Counted from the stretch's first letter, positions 1 through 14,029 are shown. The stretch: 64,000 bases of DNA from Octopus vulgaris (GCA_951406725.2 OX597826.1:59706001-59770000), one strand, 5' to 3'. The notes: generated by a model from the letters alone, not told the origin. Numbers and translations: made by a program.

Positions 1-567
1 ATTAACACCGTTGATTAAGATATTATATGTAACCATTAGAACGAAAACGTTAGACTCAGCAACGACAGTGACCACCACATCAAGACACGTAACAATACAG
101 TAACATCATGAACATCTACAAAAGCAGCAGCGAGTATGGAGTAAGAAACAGAAGCAACACCATTGATAAATAATTCATTATCCATGGTAGAAGCTTTCCC
201 TTATTTTAAATTCAGTTTCTTTGCAGAATTATTAGAAGCTGCAGAAATACACACACACACACACACACGTACTTGTATGGATGTCTGTGTGTGTATGCAT
301 GAATATATATGTGTGTGTGTATGTTCGCGCGCGCGCATGTGTATGTAGGAATATATAAGGGTGTGTGTGTGCGTGTACGCGTGTATGTGTTGGTGTGTCT
401 GTGTGCTTGTGTAGGTTTTGTAGAAAAATGTTGACTTTAGCTTTGCTGCAAAAACATAGAGTGGTTACACAAGACATTTATCTGACTGCGGCTAGTCAAA
501 AGCGTTTAATCTAATATCTAGTCAGGGACAGAAAACCTTACTTCTGTACTCATAAATTTTTAACTTA

Positions 568-570
<3 letters not shown>

Positions 571-636
<66 letters not shown>
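571..636. repeat. (TA)n microsatellite (one of dozens in the window)
   Basis: Pure TA dinucleotide run. Confidence 0.95.
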
Positions 637-640
<4 letters not shown>

Positions 641-1309
641 ACATGTGGGTATGCTAACTTGGATAGGTTTACCAGTCTGTCGAATTTGCATAACAGAACA
701 TGCGGTTACAAATTAAGTATTCTGAATAATTATAACATAAATATATATATTTTCTTTTTGGTAGACTGAATATGTCTATTTTTGCATCATGGAACGTATA
801 CTTAAGCGTATAAACACAATCACCGGTTGTACTTATTGCGTTTATGCAGTTTTTTTCTTTTCCCAAAATATTTGAAATATTACTAAATCTGCAGCCTTCC
901 TAGTAGGTTCTAATATGTCGAAATAAATTAGATCTTTCTAAATCATTTGAAATAGTATACCCAATGAAGAGGTCACATCTTTGTTGCAACGAAAATATAT
1001 TTGAGAAAAAACGAGAAAACATATGCAACCAAATACACAACTGCTTAATATTTTATAGACTTTATTAATCAGTATTTTCCAAAATATAACTATATTGATT
1101 TTAATAGATTATTTAAAAATAATCAATTTCAGGAACTAGAAATATAAGATATACTTATAACATAGATCACAGTTTATCTTCAATGTGAAAAGCATACAAT
1201 GTTTTGTTTATTGACCTTTCCGTGGACACTAAATGGTTAACTCTTTCTAATTTCTGGTCTTTTTCAGAATTTCTGCAGAACTCTTGAACTCATTTCCTGA
1301 CTCGTGGTT

Positions 1310-1631
1310 GTTTTGCTGTTGTTTGTTCCTTCTCGAGTCATGCTTGGCTCATAAGGGCCAGTTTCCCAGTTTCATTGGCGTATAGGTTCCTCACCTGGAC
1401 GGGACGCCGATCCGTCGCAGGTGAGCTGCTTAGATGCAAGAGGAAAGAGTGAGAGAAAATTGTGGTGAAAGAGTCAGCAGAAGTTTGTCCTTACTTTCTG
1501 CCGGAGCCAGAAGTTTGTCCTTACTTTCTGTTTCGCTCATAAAGACACACACATCTTACGGTCTGATATTCGAAATCGCGATCCCTCGACCACAAGACCG
1601 CTTCCCTAACCACAAGATCATGTACCTCCAC
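1310..1631 (-). mobile_element. tRNA-derived SINE, group C head with tail type 3
   Basis: Reverse complement starts TGGAGGTACATGATCTTGTGGTTAGGG...GATCGCGATTTCGAAT (A/B-box-like) and matches the heads at 35001 and 51290. Internal 23-bp duplication at 1478-1530. Confidence 0.7.
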
Positions 1632-1654
1632 CATTTCCCAACTAGTGAAAGATA

Positions 1655-1775
1655 ATTCATTTCAAATTTAGGCCTGTAATTTGAGGAAGCGGGTAAATCG
1701 ATTACATCGACCCCGGTGCACAACTGGTACATATTTTATTGGCCCCCGAAAGATTGAAAGTGAAAGTCGACCTTC
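1655..1775 (-). mobile_element. SINE group B fragment
   Basis: Contains ATCGATTACATCGACCCC...GGTAC...TTTTATT...CCCCGAAAG...AAAGTCGACC, the reverse of the group B core at 6541-6935. Confidence 0.65.
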
Positions 1776-2715
1776 GTGTATATGTAAAATAGAAATTAAG
1801 ATTACAATGAAACACGTAATCTTTACGGATTGCAACAACACAAAATAGCAACAGACATTTCTGTTACCCCGTTGACATCAATGTATATCTTTCTCTCTTT
1901 CTCTCTCTATAGTTTCATCTCCAATCACTCCTTGTATGTGTATATACCTACACATACACATAGACACATATGCATATATGTTTGAATGTATGTATGTATT
2001 TGTTCGTGTGCTTTCTTTTGGATGTCCGAATGAATGCATGATTATACCGAGGGATATAAAAAGCGATATATCTGGAATCTAGCAATATATCTTCCGTTAG
2101 ATTCGACATCACTTAATGTTCGCTAGATCTCATTAGAGGATCAAATGAACACGTCATTATAACTTACGGAAACAATATCCACCTTTGCCACAAAGTTGGT
2201 TCTACTTTCATCTTCTCACTACATTACCTTTTATTAGGTAGCTAACCTCTTTTGTTGTTGTATCTTGGATATAACATCGATGTAAGTACATGATCTGGCG
2301 TCTAAACGATATGCTATCAACTCATCCAGCTTCAGAACTATCGATTTCTGAAACTTGTAAAAGGTTAGACATGAAAGAGTAGAATATAATCGATTACTTC
2401 AACCCCATTACCTGTCTAGTTTTTATTGATCCTTTGAGAATTAAAATGCGAATTTGCTCTACGCCGGGATTCGATCTCAGAAAGGAAACAGTACATGTAC
2501 TCATCACTAAATATTTAGTCCATCCACTGGTGTTATTTCCAAATATAAAACATATTTACATCAATAATTAAAATCCTTCATTGTCATTTAAAGAGTGTCT
2601 ACCGAAAGTCTCTAAAAATTTTGCTAAAATTGCCTATATTTATGCTTAAAATAGGAAGTAAGTTGAAGTGCGTTCAAACCCAGTTACTAGATCATTAGGT
2701 ATGCATGTATGTATG

Positions 2716-2757
<42 letters not shown>

Positions 2758-4731
2758 TTTGTGTGTGTGTGTGTAAATCGCTACTTGCACCGTATCTAGA
2801 GGGGATATTTTCATATGTATTTTTAATATTGTTAATACCTCTTGGCAGGTCTCACGTAAAATATACTCATAGCTACAGTGTGCGTCGTAAGAGAATGACA
2901 TCACCCATTTTAGCGTGACAGTGTATGCACCACTCTTGGTTCATTGGTGCAGAGAGAGAATTCGGAGCCTTCAATAATTCATCATGTTGTGTCTCATCAG
3001 AGCTTTGAGCCTAAACCATTTGTTTATACTCTTAGGGATCAAATTGGTTGCCGATCGGTACTTATGCTTGCCAACGAATAAAAATTCGTTATTTACGACA
3101 TTTACAACGAGATGTGGAAAGAATATTAGCATATTTACTATCAATATGTCTTGGCAGGTGCAAACACAATACATATATATCAATGTTCCGCTTTTGCATA
3201 GCGTTACTATTAAGCTGGTGTTAGAATTAAGCATACATATGATTCGGAATAAAGCGAAAGTTGTGTAGAGAGCGTGATATGAAATTAAATAAATGACAAA
3301 AGGAAAGGGGAATCATGCAATGAAATTAATATTTTTACAGCTCTTTCAGCAAGATGTAGTGTTCTACACTCTAAGTACACTTCATATAGAGCAGAAACAG
3401 CCGTAAGCTAATGAAGGGTATTGCATAATTTTCTGTCCCTTTGTCATTTGTGTAATTTCAAATATATATATATATGTATGTATATGTATATGCTCGTATA
3501 TATATACATGCATACATACTCTCTTGTTGAAGTCGAACGAGCAAGGAACAATTAAAGACAGAATACAACAGATGCCAGAATATCTCTTTCTTAGACACCA
3601 AAGTGACAACAGTCTACCGTTGTGGGTTATATTTACCGTTCGTCTTGAAAATCTAAGAATGGTACCGAACAAGGCAAAAACACGAATAAAACATGAGTAA
3701 ACCATTATCCCCCTCTGAGAAATTCGAACACAATCCCCGTCTTTTACCCCATATATTTAGTTTATCATTTAATATATATTCCAGTGTATTTGGCATCTCT
3801 TAAGAAATCAGGACGTATTTTGAGATAAAGATGGTAAACAATCACATCTTTTACAGTCCCATCGCGTATCCACGAAGAAGCTGCATAACCGATTTCTGAA
3901 TACTCTCACTGAAAGCTAACCGGCATTCCTACAATGTCTCAATAAGACTCAATGATGTAAAAATTCCTCCACCTCTTCTTCTCCCGCTCTTATTTCTTTC
4001 ACAACCAAACTACCAATACTAAAACCTCTGCCGTCTTTTCATAGGCTCTCAGACATACGCTCTTGTGTAGTTTTCCTTATTTACGTTAAGTTTATTGTAT
4101 TCTGTACAGCTTGAAGCGAATTTGAAAACCGTATAGAAAACAACGAAAGTAAATAGTTTCATACACCCTGTCGAATGTTTACAGTTGAAAGCAGCAAACG
4201 CCGGTTTTCTTTAGTATTATATTAATTGAGCAAAAACACCAGCAAATATCATACATTGTTCGTTGAAAGCTGTAGATGTCACATGAGCGAAATTTTAAAT
4301 TCACCGTCTCGTTTAGCGCTGTGTTCGCCTGTCAAAATTTTTGTTGAAGAACAGCAGAACGGAAATTATGTTACAATCATGCAACTAGCAGAGTTCTTCC
4401 TAAGTATCTCTGCCAAAAGGCTAAAAGCAACGACAAATTGGTGGCTTGGATACCAAATGTTGCTGTTTTGTTTTTCTTTAGTGAGTTCTTCATAAAAATT
4501 TCTATAAGTTGATAAATGGAATAGAAACAAGAATTTGTATGTGTGTACTTGCACAAGCTTACATATGCAAGATATGCATATACAGCCACACTCACACACA
4601 GAAACACACTTATATACTTATATCTGTTTGTATTTGTACATACACGATACACACAGAGGCCTAAATCTGTTTATATATGTATGTATATATATTGTTTATC
4701 TTCGTCTTTTGTTTTTCTTTAGGTTTCAACT

Positions 4732-4762
<31 letters not shown>

Positions 4763-5565
4763 CACACACATACACATACATGTTTAGTGTATGTTTGTTT
4801 TATGTTCGTGTGGACTTTCGCGTGTTGTACCGAAATAGTTGTGAGGGTGCGGTGTACTCTATGTCCATTACGTTTCATTGTGAAATATTTAAATGCTACC
4901 TTTCTAATGGAACAACCGCCATTCATGTGTAGAAGAATATAAGTGAATATATATGTATGTAAGTGTAAATTACTCTGCATCGTATACATAAATGTATAAA
5001 AACTATACACACATGTATACATTCAATACACACACACACGTGTCTTGTCTGTGTGTGTGTGTTTTAAATTAAAATGGATCGCAATTACAATTTCTGAAGA
5101 AGAGTGCTGAGTAGTTCAAGCAACTATAATGTCAGGTTCATTGTATTGGCATAGACGTGGCTGAGTAATCTACTGACGTTTTTAATTCTTAGGCGGAATC
5201 AGCGCGGCACAACGTAGTAATTTAACAGACTTACATACAATTTGCATTTACCCAAATTCCACCCACGAGGTCTCGAGGTTAACAAAGTGTTACTTTCCCA
5301 AGACGACTGGCAGCGGATTCGAAACACGGAAAACACGCTTGCAAAAGGAACATGTCATTTCAGAGAGATTTGCGTGTCATTTCTAGACTAGTGAACGTCC
5401 ATACAGAAGCTCTTTGGTGGAGCTGCTTGTGGTGGTTCCTATCTGATATCCAATGTTGTTGAATCCACCTCAATGTCATTTGAACCATTCAGTATTCAAA
5501 ACCTGTTATATTGATTAATACTTCTGATTACATGAGATATGGAATTAATAAGAAAATATTATTTT

Positions 5566-5795
5566 AAAGCAATTGCAGCGGGGAAAGTGTTTATAAGCCA
5601 TTTAAGAAACACACAAAAACCGTTAGATTCACTTCAACATTTAAAATTAATTTGTCAAAATATTTTCGTCGCTTTGAGACCGCAAACTGTTCGCTGACAA
5701 AATTCTGTGCTGCATCTCATAAACACCTTCCTCGCTGCAATTGTTTTCGTTCCAGAACACGATCTCAGATCAGGTCACTTGCTATGCAAGTATAT
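5566..5795 (-). mobile_element. Penelope-like/retrozyme-like remnant with 29-bp inverted arms (5566-5594 / 5719-5747)
   Basis: AAAGCAATTGCAGCGGGGAAAGTGTTTAT vs ATAAACACCTTCCTCGCTGCAATTGTTTT enclose an HHR-like fold. Confidence 0.5.
5651..5701 (-). ncRNA. Putative minimal type I hammerhead ribozyme, G3-C8 core variant
   Basis: Minus strand: TTTGTCA GCGAACA GTTTGC-GGTCTCAAA-GCGAC GAAA ATATT T TGACAAA. 7-bp stem I, imperfect stem II, GAAA, palindromic AATATT stem III. Confidence 0.5.
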
Positions 5796-6540
5796 CTCCG
5801 TAATTATTTTAAAGATTGGTTTTTAATAAACTATCATAACAAAACAATTTTGAAGAAGAACAAGAAGTGCGTGATCATAATGGTGTGCAAGCAAAAATAA
5901 CGTAACAATAAAAAATTTATAAACAAAATGTATTGAAAATTTGCATATTTCCCTGCTGCGCCAGTTCCATGTAAATAATTCGCTCACAAACCTATATACT
6001 ATATTATATCAATTAAATATTAATAAAAACGAATTATATTTAATATAATAGTTTTGATTGGGCTGGGAGAAAAATCAGAAAGAAAGCCGAAAGACCTCAA
6101 CTACTATTTTTTATAAAAATTTTTTTTTTGTCTTTGAATGTCTGTTAGCAAGACTATGGGAAAGTCGTAGGAGTAGATTCTTCAGCTGGGCTTTGGAATT
6201 TAGCTGACTTTAATATGGAACTGACGAGCTGCTTGTACTATTTCTGATGTCAACGCAGCTTTTGTTGTTCTTGTGATTTAGTTAGATAGATAGATAGATT
6301 AGATAGATAGGTGGACAGAGAGGCGGACAAATAAATAGATAACTAGTTAGCTAGATAGATAGATAAATAGATGGCCTGACAGACAGCTAGACAGACAGGA
6401 AGATAGATAGAGGAATAGATAGCTAGATAGATAGAGAGCGAGAGAGAGACAGAGAGGGTGGAGATAGCATTGGTATGAAATTCAATAGCGAGACACAAAC
6501 TTAGAATTTCACTTTCAATATATAAACCACACCCAAGACT

Positions 6541-6935
6541 GCGAGCTGGCAGAAACGTTAGGACGCCGGGCGAGATGCTTAGTAGGATTTCCTCTGCCTT
6601 TACGTTCTGAGTTCAGATTCAGCCGAGATCAACTTTGCCTTCCAAAAGTTTTGGGGTCGATTAATTAAGTACAAGTTACGCACTGGGGTCGATGTAATCG
6701 ATTTAATCCGTTTGTCTGTCTTTGTTTGTCCTCTCTGTGTTTAGCCCCTTGTGGGTAGTAAAGAAATAGGTATTTCGTCTGCCGTTACGTTCTGAGTTCA
6801 AATTCCGTCGAGATCAACTTTGCCTTTCATCGTTTCGGGGTCGATAAATTAAAGTACCAGTTTCGTAGTGGAGTCGATCTAATCGACAGCCCCGCTCCCC
6901 AAAAGTTTCGGCCTTGTACCTAGAGTAGAAAAAGA
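6541..6935 (+). mobile_element. SINE group B, dimeric (6541-6768 and 6769-6935)
   Basis: Head GCGAGCTGGCAGAAACGTTAG, B-box-like GAGTTCAAATTCC, and core GCCTTTCATC..TTCGGGGTCGATAAATTAAAGTACCAG present twice. Confidence 0.8.
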
Positions 6936-7741
6936 TATAAAACCACATCCGCTACATCAAGCATTCCAAACTCCTCTCTTATTCGTTGGCCATAAAGCAA
7001 CGTACGCTCATACACACACTTACTCGCACACATCTACGGAATAATTTTAAGTAATCTCTAAAATACGTTAACGTCTCATTTCCTTATAAATATTTCGTTA
7101 ATCGTTTATTTTATTTCGAGATTATTTGACATTTCAATTTATTTCCATTCTGTATTTACCGTTACTTAATCACCATTGTTGTTAGAGCCGTTGCTGCTTC
7201 CTTTTCTTGAGTTTTATTTTCGTAAAAGTACAACGTAGGTTGAAGAATTTTTCCAGGTATTAGTTTTAACCATTTACCTTTTAATCGTAACTGTGCGTAA
7301 GTTGTATGAAAGCAGTCAGCATCAGTAACACACAGTAACGATCCGAGATAACGCTATCCTAATTCGGTTCGGCCAATGTGATTGATACGAACCTCAGTAA
7401 ATCATAGCATTTGCAAATAGTCTGTTATCTTTATAGGGAAAAAAAAAATCATGTAGACTGAGATACTATGAAATTAAGGCCTGTGTTCCGAAAAAAAAAA
7501 GGTTCTACAGTCACACAGAGCAGTAGTTTGATTACATTACATACCAACATTTGCCTACTACTGTTTTGTCTCTACTGCCACTGCTACTGCTGGTACTGCT
7601 GTTGCTGCTCCTCTTCCTCCTCCTCCTCCTCCTCCTCCTCCTCCCAACCTCTTCCGCCTACTCCTACTCATCTTCATCCTATAACCACTACTACTGCTGC
7701 TGTTGCTGTTGCTGCTGCTACTACTACTACTACTACAACGA

Positions 7742-8730
7742 TTCCGTGCCGGTAGAGTTTGTCTCAAACCGGCATTGTATCCCCCGGAGCATTGCCAAGC
7801 GGGGGATTTCTGGAAGTTATCCATTGTCGTTGGACACGAAATTCCTCCGGAACAGACTAGTCAGTTCGACTTCTGGTGATGGTGTTAACGGGGAGATATT
7901 TGCATGGGTGGTGTCTGTATCTGTGTTTATGTTTTTACTCATGTGTGATTTTTTTCGGCAATGGGGGAGGAAAGTGGGAGAGTTTTCTTCGTTTCGCCCT
8001 TGGGGGGTGAATGTCTTTAGTGGTGTTTCCTTTGGTTCCGTTGCCGGTGGATTTGCCGGTGCTGGTGTTGGTTGTGGTCATCGCCCCTCCTAAACAGCAA
8101 CGGAAACCTTCGATCCTTTTCCCCCTTTATCTGTCGAGGACAGAAGGCAAATGGGTTGTTCCTCCAAAAACGAAACAAAGTGGCCTCTTTTCCTTAGTCA
8201 TTATATGTATCAGGAGATTGATGTATTCTGGAATTCATTTTACGTTTTCTGGCCTGATCTGGAGAAGTATCTCCAGGTCAACCACAGACCAATCCTCCTT
8301 GGCAGTTATTGTCACCTCTGTCAGGACGGTATCCGTCCCTTTTACAATGAAGCATCCCAGCAACCACCACGTATCAAGTCTTGGCGGATTCCCGAAAATG
8401 TAGACATGTGCTGTTCGTTTTCCCTTGTCGGATGTGTACATTATCACCTTGCTTGTTTGCAAGGGGTCATTTAATGTTTTATAGCGAGGTCTTCTGACTT
8501 AAACAGCACAGAAATGGTGCCGTATTGTCTACCCCTCGCTATGTACCTAATATCATCTTTGATACACCTCAGCATGGGTTCAATATCTGCTTGGGCAATT
8601 AAAGCCGCTTTCTCTGTGTCTGCTGAGATGCATTTGAAATGCACCGTTCTTCGCTCGACTGCTTCGATGGCCTTCGCCGGAGCAGTTAAGGCCTAGATTT
8701 GCTCCTGCCCGAGCCAAATTTTCATCTTTA
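7742..8730 (-). pseudogene. Degenerate L1/Tx1-type LINE: ORF1-like region joined to a short ORF2 C-terminal piece
   Basis: Minus-strand translation ...RYIARGRQYGTISVLFKSEDLA...HVYIFGNPP..., a decayed knuckle-like RPLCFVFGGTTHL, then LTSLFRRNF..MDNFQKSPAWQC...PV*DKLYRHG, which matches LTRLFQTTFGPGPMDNFQRSLAWRC...PVRDKLYRHG of the 17603 ORF. Confidence 0.65.
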
Positions 8731-8984
8731 TTTGTGAGGTCTATGGTAAAGCGTGGCCTCCTTTTGGCTGCTGCGGCAGCGAAGGTGTTCTTGGTTCTTG
8801 TAATGTTGGTAATGTTCTCGTTGCTGTTGTTGTTGTTGCTGTTGCTACTATTGTTATTGTTGTCGTTTCTCTTGTTGGTGTTGGTTTTGTTGTTGTTGTT
8901 GTTGATACCTGTGCTATTGCTGTTGTCATCGCTGCTGCTGCTGTTGCTGTTACTGTCTCTCGTTTTTTGTTGCTGCTGCTGCTG

Positions 8985-9071
<87 letters not shown>

Positions 9072-9567
9072 TTTTTTGCTGCTGCACCTGCTGTCACTGC
9101 TACCGCTGTTTCTGTCACTACTACCACTGCTCTTGCCGATGCATCCACAGCTGTTACAACGAGGTGGACTTTGCACTCTTTCCACCCTCGCTTCTCTCAT
9201 CTCCATCTCCCATATTATTGCCAGTAAGGGTTGGAGAAGGGTAGGGAAATCGGCAGCAGTCACCTGATCTGCGTATGTGTGTGTGTGTGTGGGGGGGAGT
9301 TTATTTTCAACTCTTTCAAGACGCGCTCCGCCATCTTGTTGAGTTGTATCTGATTACATTGATTAAACACCGACCGAATTTATTTGGTGGGCCGACTATA
9401 GCCTCTCGAGGGGCCAAACACACACACACAAAAAGAACAGTGACAGGTTCCTGGTGTTTCTATTTATAAAATGAATAATGAAAACAAGGCACTAAACTGG
9501 TGTAAATAACTGATTTAAACTGAACCCACCTGAAGCGCTCAAAGACACATGCGATGTACTCTGCTGC

Positions 9568-9568
9568 A

Positions 9569-9632
<64 letters not shown>

Positions 9633-9686
9633 TAAATATAATAATAAATATAATAATAAATATTATAATAATAATGATAATAATAA

Positions 9687-9717
<31 letters not shown>

Positions 9718-9760
9718 AATAAATATAATAATAATAATGATAATAATAAATATAATAATG

Positions 9761-9830
<70 letters not shown>

Positions 9831-9870
9831 AGAAGAAGAAGAAGAAGAAGAATATTAACAACAACAATTA
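9568..9870. repeat. (AAT)n/(GAA)n compound microsatellite
   Basis: Direct reading. Confidence 0.95.
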
Positions 9871-10120
9871 TAATAATATTGCAGTTAAACTATTAGCAAT
9901 AACAATAATAATAGTTATACTTGTTTCTATAGTTTTTACTGCCGTTATTAACGTTACAAAGTTTTAATTATATTTTCAATGGGATTCGCAACAAAAATAA
10001 GAAAAGAGTTGCATAAAGCCAGTAATTTCATCTTGCAGGAGAGAAGTTGATTACGTCGACTCAAATGTTTAACCGGTACTATTTTTATCAAAGCAAACGG
10101 ATTTTAAAGGAAAGTCGACC

Positions 10121-10160
<40 letters not shown>

Positions 10161-10189
10161 CTATTATTATTATTATTATTACTATTATT

Positions 10190-10736
10190 GAGTGAGAGAG
10201 CAGTTCATGCCATCAAAGTGACACTGGGGTAAAATATACGAAGCCCAATATACCCATCATGACTGATAAAGGTACACTAGGCACATGCACCACAACCATA
10301 TGTGCGCGACATGGTGATCTCATATCAAGATAAACAGCACATGACCTTGCAGGTGGGGCCCAGTTAGAATTTTCTTCAGGTTGAGTAGCCCATCCCGCTC
10401 AAACGGTCATTGAATAAGGGTTGTTTAAGGATGTTGAAAGAACCACCCATGTTTCCAGAGGTGAACTATTCAAACCCCAAAGAATCCCTCTCAACACATG
10501 GCTATGATGCTCCCCCACTACTTCTGCTCGTGATCAGAGATGCACATATCGTCAGCCACTAAGGGACATGCTCAACTGGTTAAGGTCAAACAACTGACAA
10601 GCAAATCTGTGGTATTGAGCAGAATATTTACTGTAGCCCATCTTTTATACCAAGACAAAACAATGTACATGATAACACTTCCAACAGTTAAGATCAGAAG
10701 CCATGAGAGCCACTGCCTGGTACTGCATCAGGGCAC
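10190..10736. mobile_element. Unclassified ~550-bp interspersed element inserted in (TTA)n
   Basis: Complex sequence with sharp ends, flanked on both sides by TTA repeats; no convincing ORF. Confidence 0.5.
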
Positions 10737-10746
10737 TTATTATTGC

Positions 10747-10784
<38 letters not shown>

Positions 10785-10785
<1 letters not shown>

Positions 10786-10995
10786 GGCGGCGAGCTGGCA
10801 GAATCGTTTCAGCCGGTTGAAATGCTTAGCGGCATTTAATTCGTTTTCACCATTTGAGTTGAAGTTGCCCCATGGTCGACTGTGCCATTCATCCTTTCGG
10901 TGTCGATAAAATAAGTACCAGTTCTGTACTGGAGTCCAAGTAATCGACTTACCCACTCAACCTCAGTTACTGGACTTGTGCCAAAATTCGAAATC
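10785..10995 (+). mobile_element. SINE group B
   Basis: GGCGGCGAGCTGGCAGAATCG head and GGTCGAC..GCCATTCATCCTTTCGGTGTCGATAAAATAAGTACCAG core. Confidence 0.8.
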
Positions 10996-11011
10996 ACTAC
11001 TATTGTTGCTG

Positions 11012-11046
<35 letters not shown>

Positions 11047-11167
11047 GTTATTAATATGAATTCGCTCAGATTCGATTCCTGGTAGGATTTGTAGGGGTAG
11101 CGAATTACTACCTCTAATCCTAGGTATACAAAATTTTTCAGCTGTCTTTCTAGTGTGCTCAGAACTA

Positions 11168-11340
11168 TTCTTCTTCTTCTTCTTCTTCTTCTTCTTCTTC
11201 TTCTTCTTCTTCTTCTTCTTCTTCTTCTTCTTCTTCTTCTTCTTCTTCTTCTTCTTCTTCTTCTTCTTCTTCTTCTTCTTCTTCTTCTTCTCCTCCTCCT
11301 CCTCCTCCTTCGTCTTCTTCTTCTTCTCCCCCCTCCTCCT
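11168..11340. repeat. (TTC)n/(CCT)n microsatellite
   Basis: Direct reading. Confidence 0.95.
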
Positions 11341-11342
11341 CA

Positions 11343-11875
11343 TTATTGTCTTTGCACAACTTCTATCGCTAGAGATGTACTACGGTGTAAGCTGTTCACT
11401 ACCGGTGAGCTAAGGTAGTAAACATTATTTTTCGTGCACCATCCGGCGTATTCGAGTTGTTCTAAGCAGTGCTGTTTTCTGCAAGTGCTCCACCCTTATT
11501 GCTGCCCCTATTTGTTCCATGTACTTCTAAAGATCTTTTACTCACTGTTCCCAAGGCTCCGACAATTATTGGTACCACTACCACCTTTTACATCGACCGC
11601 AACTGCTTAACTTCCCAAGCTAACCTGTCATATCTGTCGACTTTTCTATCTTCCTTATCGCATACCTTGTTGTTAGCTGGACATGCTATATCTATGATGC
11701 AGCACAGTTTGCTTTCTTTCTCAATTAAGACTATGTCTGGCTTCCTATTCTCTCTCTTTCATGATCACATTGAATTATAAAATCCCATAGGATATTTGCA
11801 TTATCATTTTCAATGATGCCTTCAGATTTATGTTCGTACAACTTATTTATTTTCTCAAGTCCATACTTGTTGCAA
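11343..11875 (-). mobile_element. 5'-truncated R4/Dong-type non-LTR retrotransposon (restriction-like endonuclease domain + 3' UTR)
   Basis: Minus-strand translation with frameshift and stops: YEHKSEGIIENDNANILWDFIIQCD..RKPDIVLIEKESKLCCIIDIACP..KEDRKVDRYDRL..VVPIIVGALGTV..LQKTALL. This is the PD-(D/E)xK RLE signature. Stop at 11425-11427; (TTA)n at the 5' end. Confidence 0.85.
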
Positions 11876-11943
<68 letters not shown>

Positions 11944-11971
11944 CATTATTATCATTATTATCATTCTTCTT

Positions 11972-12002
<31 letters not shown>

Positions 12003-12053
12003 TTATTATTATAATTATTATTATTATTATTATTATTATTATCATCATCATCA

Positions 12054-12114
<61 letters not shown>

Positions 12115-12145
12115 CATCATTATCATTATTATTATTATTATTATA

Positions 12146-12198
<53 letters not shown>

Positions 12199-12215
12199 CA
12201 TCATCATCATTCATT
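11876..12215. repeat. (TTA)n/(TCA)n/(TCT)n compound microsatellite
   Basis: Direct reading. Confidence 0.95.
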
Positions 12216-12524
12216 ATTATGCCATATTCTTATTAATTTTGTTATTGTATCCTAGGAGCTGAATATAATCATAAGTATGTTTGTACAAAACAATCCGAGT
12301 ATCATAATGTCATACTAAAACTGCTACAGCCTATTAATTAACTATGAATAGAGTAATGCCAAAAGCGACCGTAAGTTCATGATGAAACGAGATGACAAAC
12401 TAAGTTATTAATTACGCCGGCCTAGTTATATATATACATTTATGACAGTGAATGATGCGTCTGTCATCCTATTTGCAAATGAACCCAAGACGTTCCTCTC
12501 CAAAGTCATTGATAGATTATCTTA

Positions 12525-12596
<72 letters not shown>

Positions 12597-12982
12597 GATT
12601 CGAGAAACAGAGAAAACATTAGGTTAATAATACATTTTGAAGGCTTTATAAGCCAATATTTGTATACGTTAGATATATTTATACACATACATATTCAAGT
12701 GTGTCATAGAAGTTGCTCATCATCAGCCATATGATTTTAGAGTCAGTCATATTTCATGACTTTGTGCGTGTTCGAGCGTCAGAGTGTGTGTCTGTGGTGT
12801 GTGTTTTGGTGAGTATGGGTTGTGTGTGTTGATTACATGTCTGTATGCGTGCACGTTTGTGTGCATTTTTACTTGTAGCTGTGTATGTGTGTGAGCCTGT
12901 TGGCGTGAGTGTGCCTTTCTTGTGTTTTACTAGATTAACGTATTTGCTTTCCAGATAAATTTGTTTTCCAAACCTTAGATTA

Positions 12983-13047
12983 ATGATGATGACGGTGGTG
13001 ATGATGGAGATGATGATGATGATGATGATGGTGATGGTGATGATGAC

Positions 13048-13084
<37 letters not shown>

Positions 13085-13256
13085 GTGATGGTGATGGTGA
13101 TGGTGATGATGATGATGATGATTATTATGATGATGATGACGGTGATGAAGATGATGACGATGATGATGATGATAATGATGATCACGATGACGATGATGAT
13201 GATGACGACGACCAAAGACGAAGACGACGATGACGACGATAATGATAATGATGACG
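12983..13256. repeat. (GAT)n-type microsatellite
   Basis: Direct reading. Confidence 0.9.
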
Positions 13257-13538
13257 ACTTGTGGAATGATGCTTATGCTGATAAACATTATAATGACGAT
13301 GATATTGGTGAAGGTGGAGGGGGGATGGTGGCGGCAGTGATGTTTGATGATTATGTGACGCATTGAACATACGCAAAAACCACCTGACTGAGATATTCAA
13401 ATATATCCGATATATATCATTATGTGTAGGAAGAAATAAGGATGGAGAAAATTCGACAAGGAAAAATAATGGAGGGATTAAATGAAAATAGAAATGCAGC
13501 TATAGAATCCAATAATGAAATTAAATATCTAGTTTGTT

Positions 13539-13629
<91 letters not shown>

Positions 13630-13656
13630 CATGTATTTTTATCTGCATAGATATGC

Positions 13657-13725
<69 letters not shown>

Positions 13726-13983
13726 TATACATATATGTACATATATACAAATATTTATATAAATAAATATATATATCTCATATATATATGTATCTCATTT
13801 ATTTGTATATATTAAAAACCATTTAGGTTGATATATACACATACATAATTATATATATGTATATATGTATATAGGTATATATATATACACACATACACAT
13901 AGACACAAACATATATACATACAAATACACGTATATGTGTATATGTGCATACAATTATATATAAATATATATGTTTGTGTATA

Positions 13984-14029
<46 letters not shown>

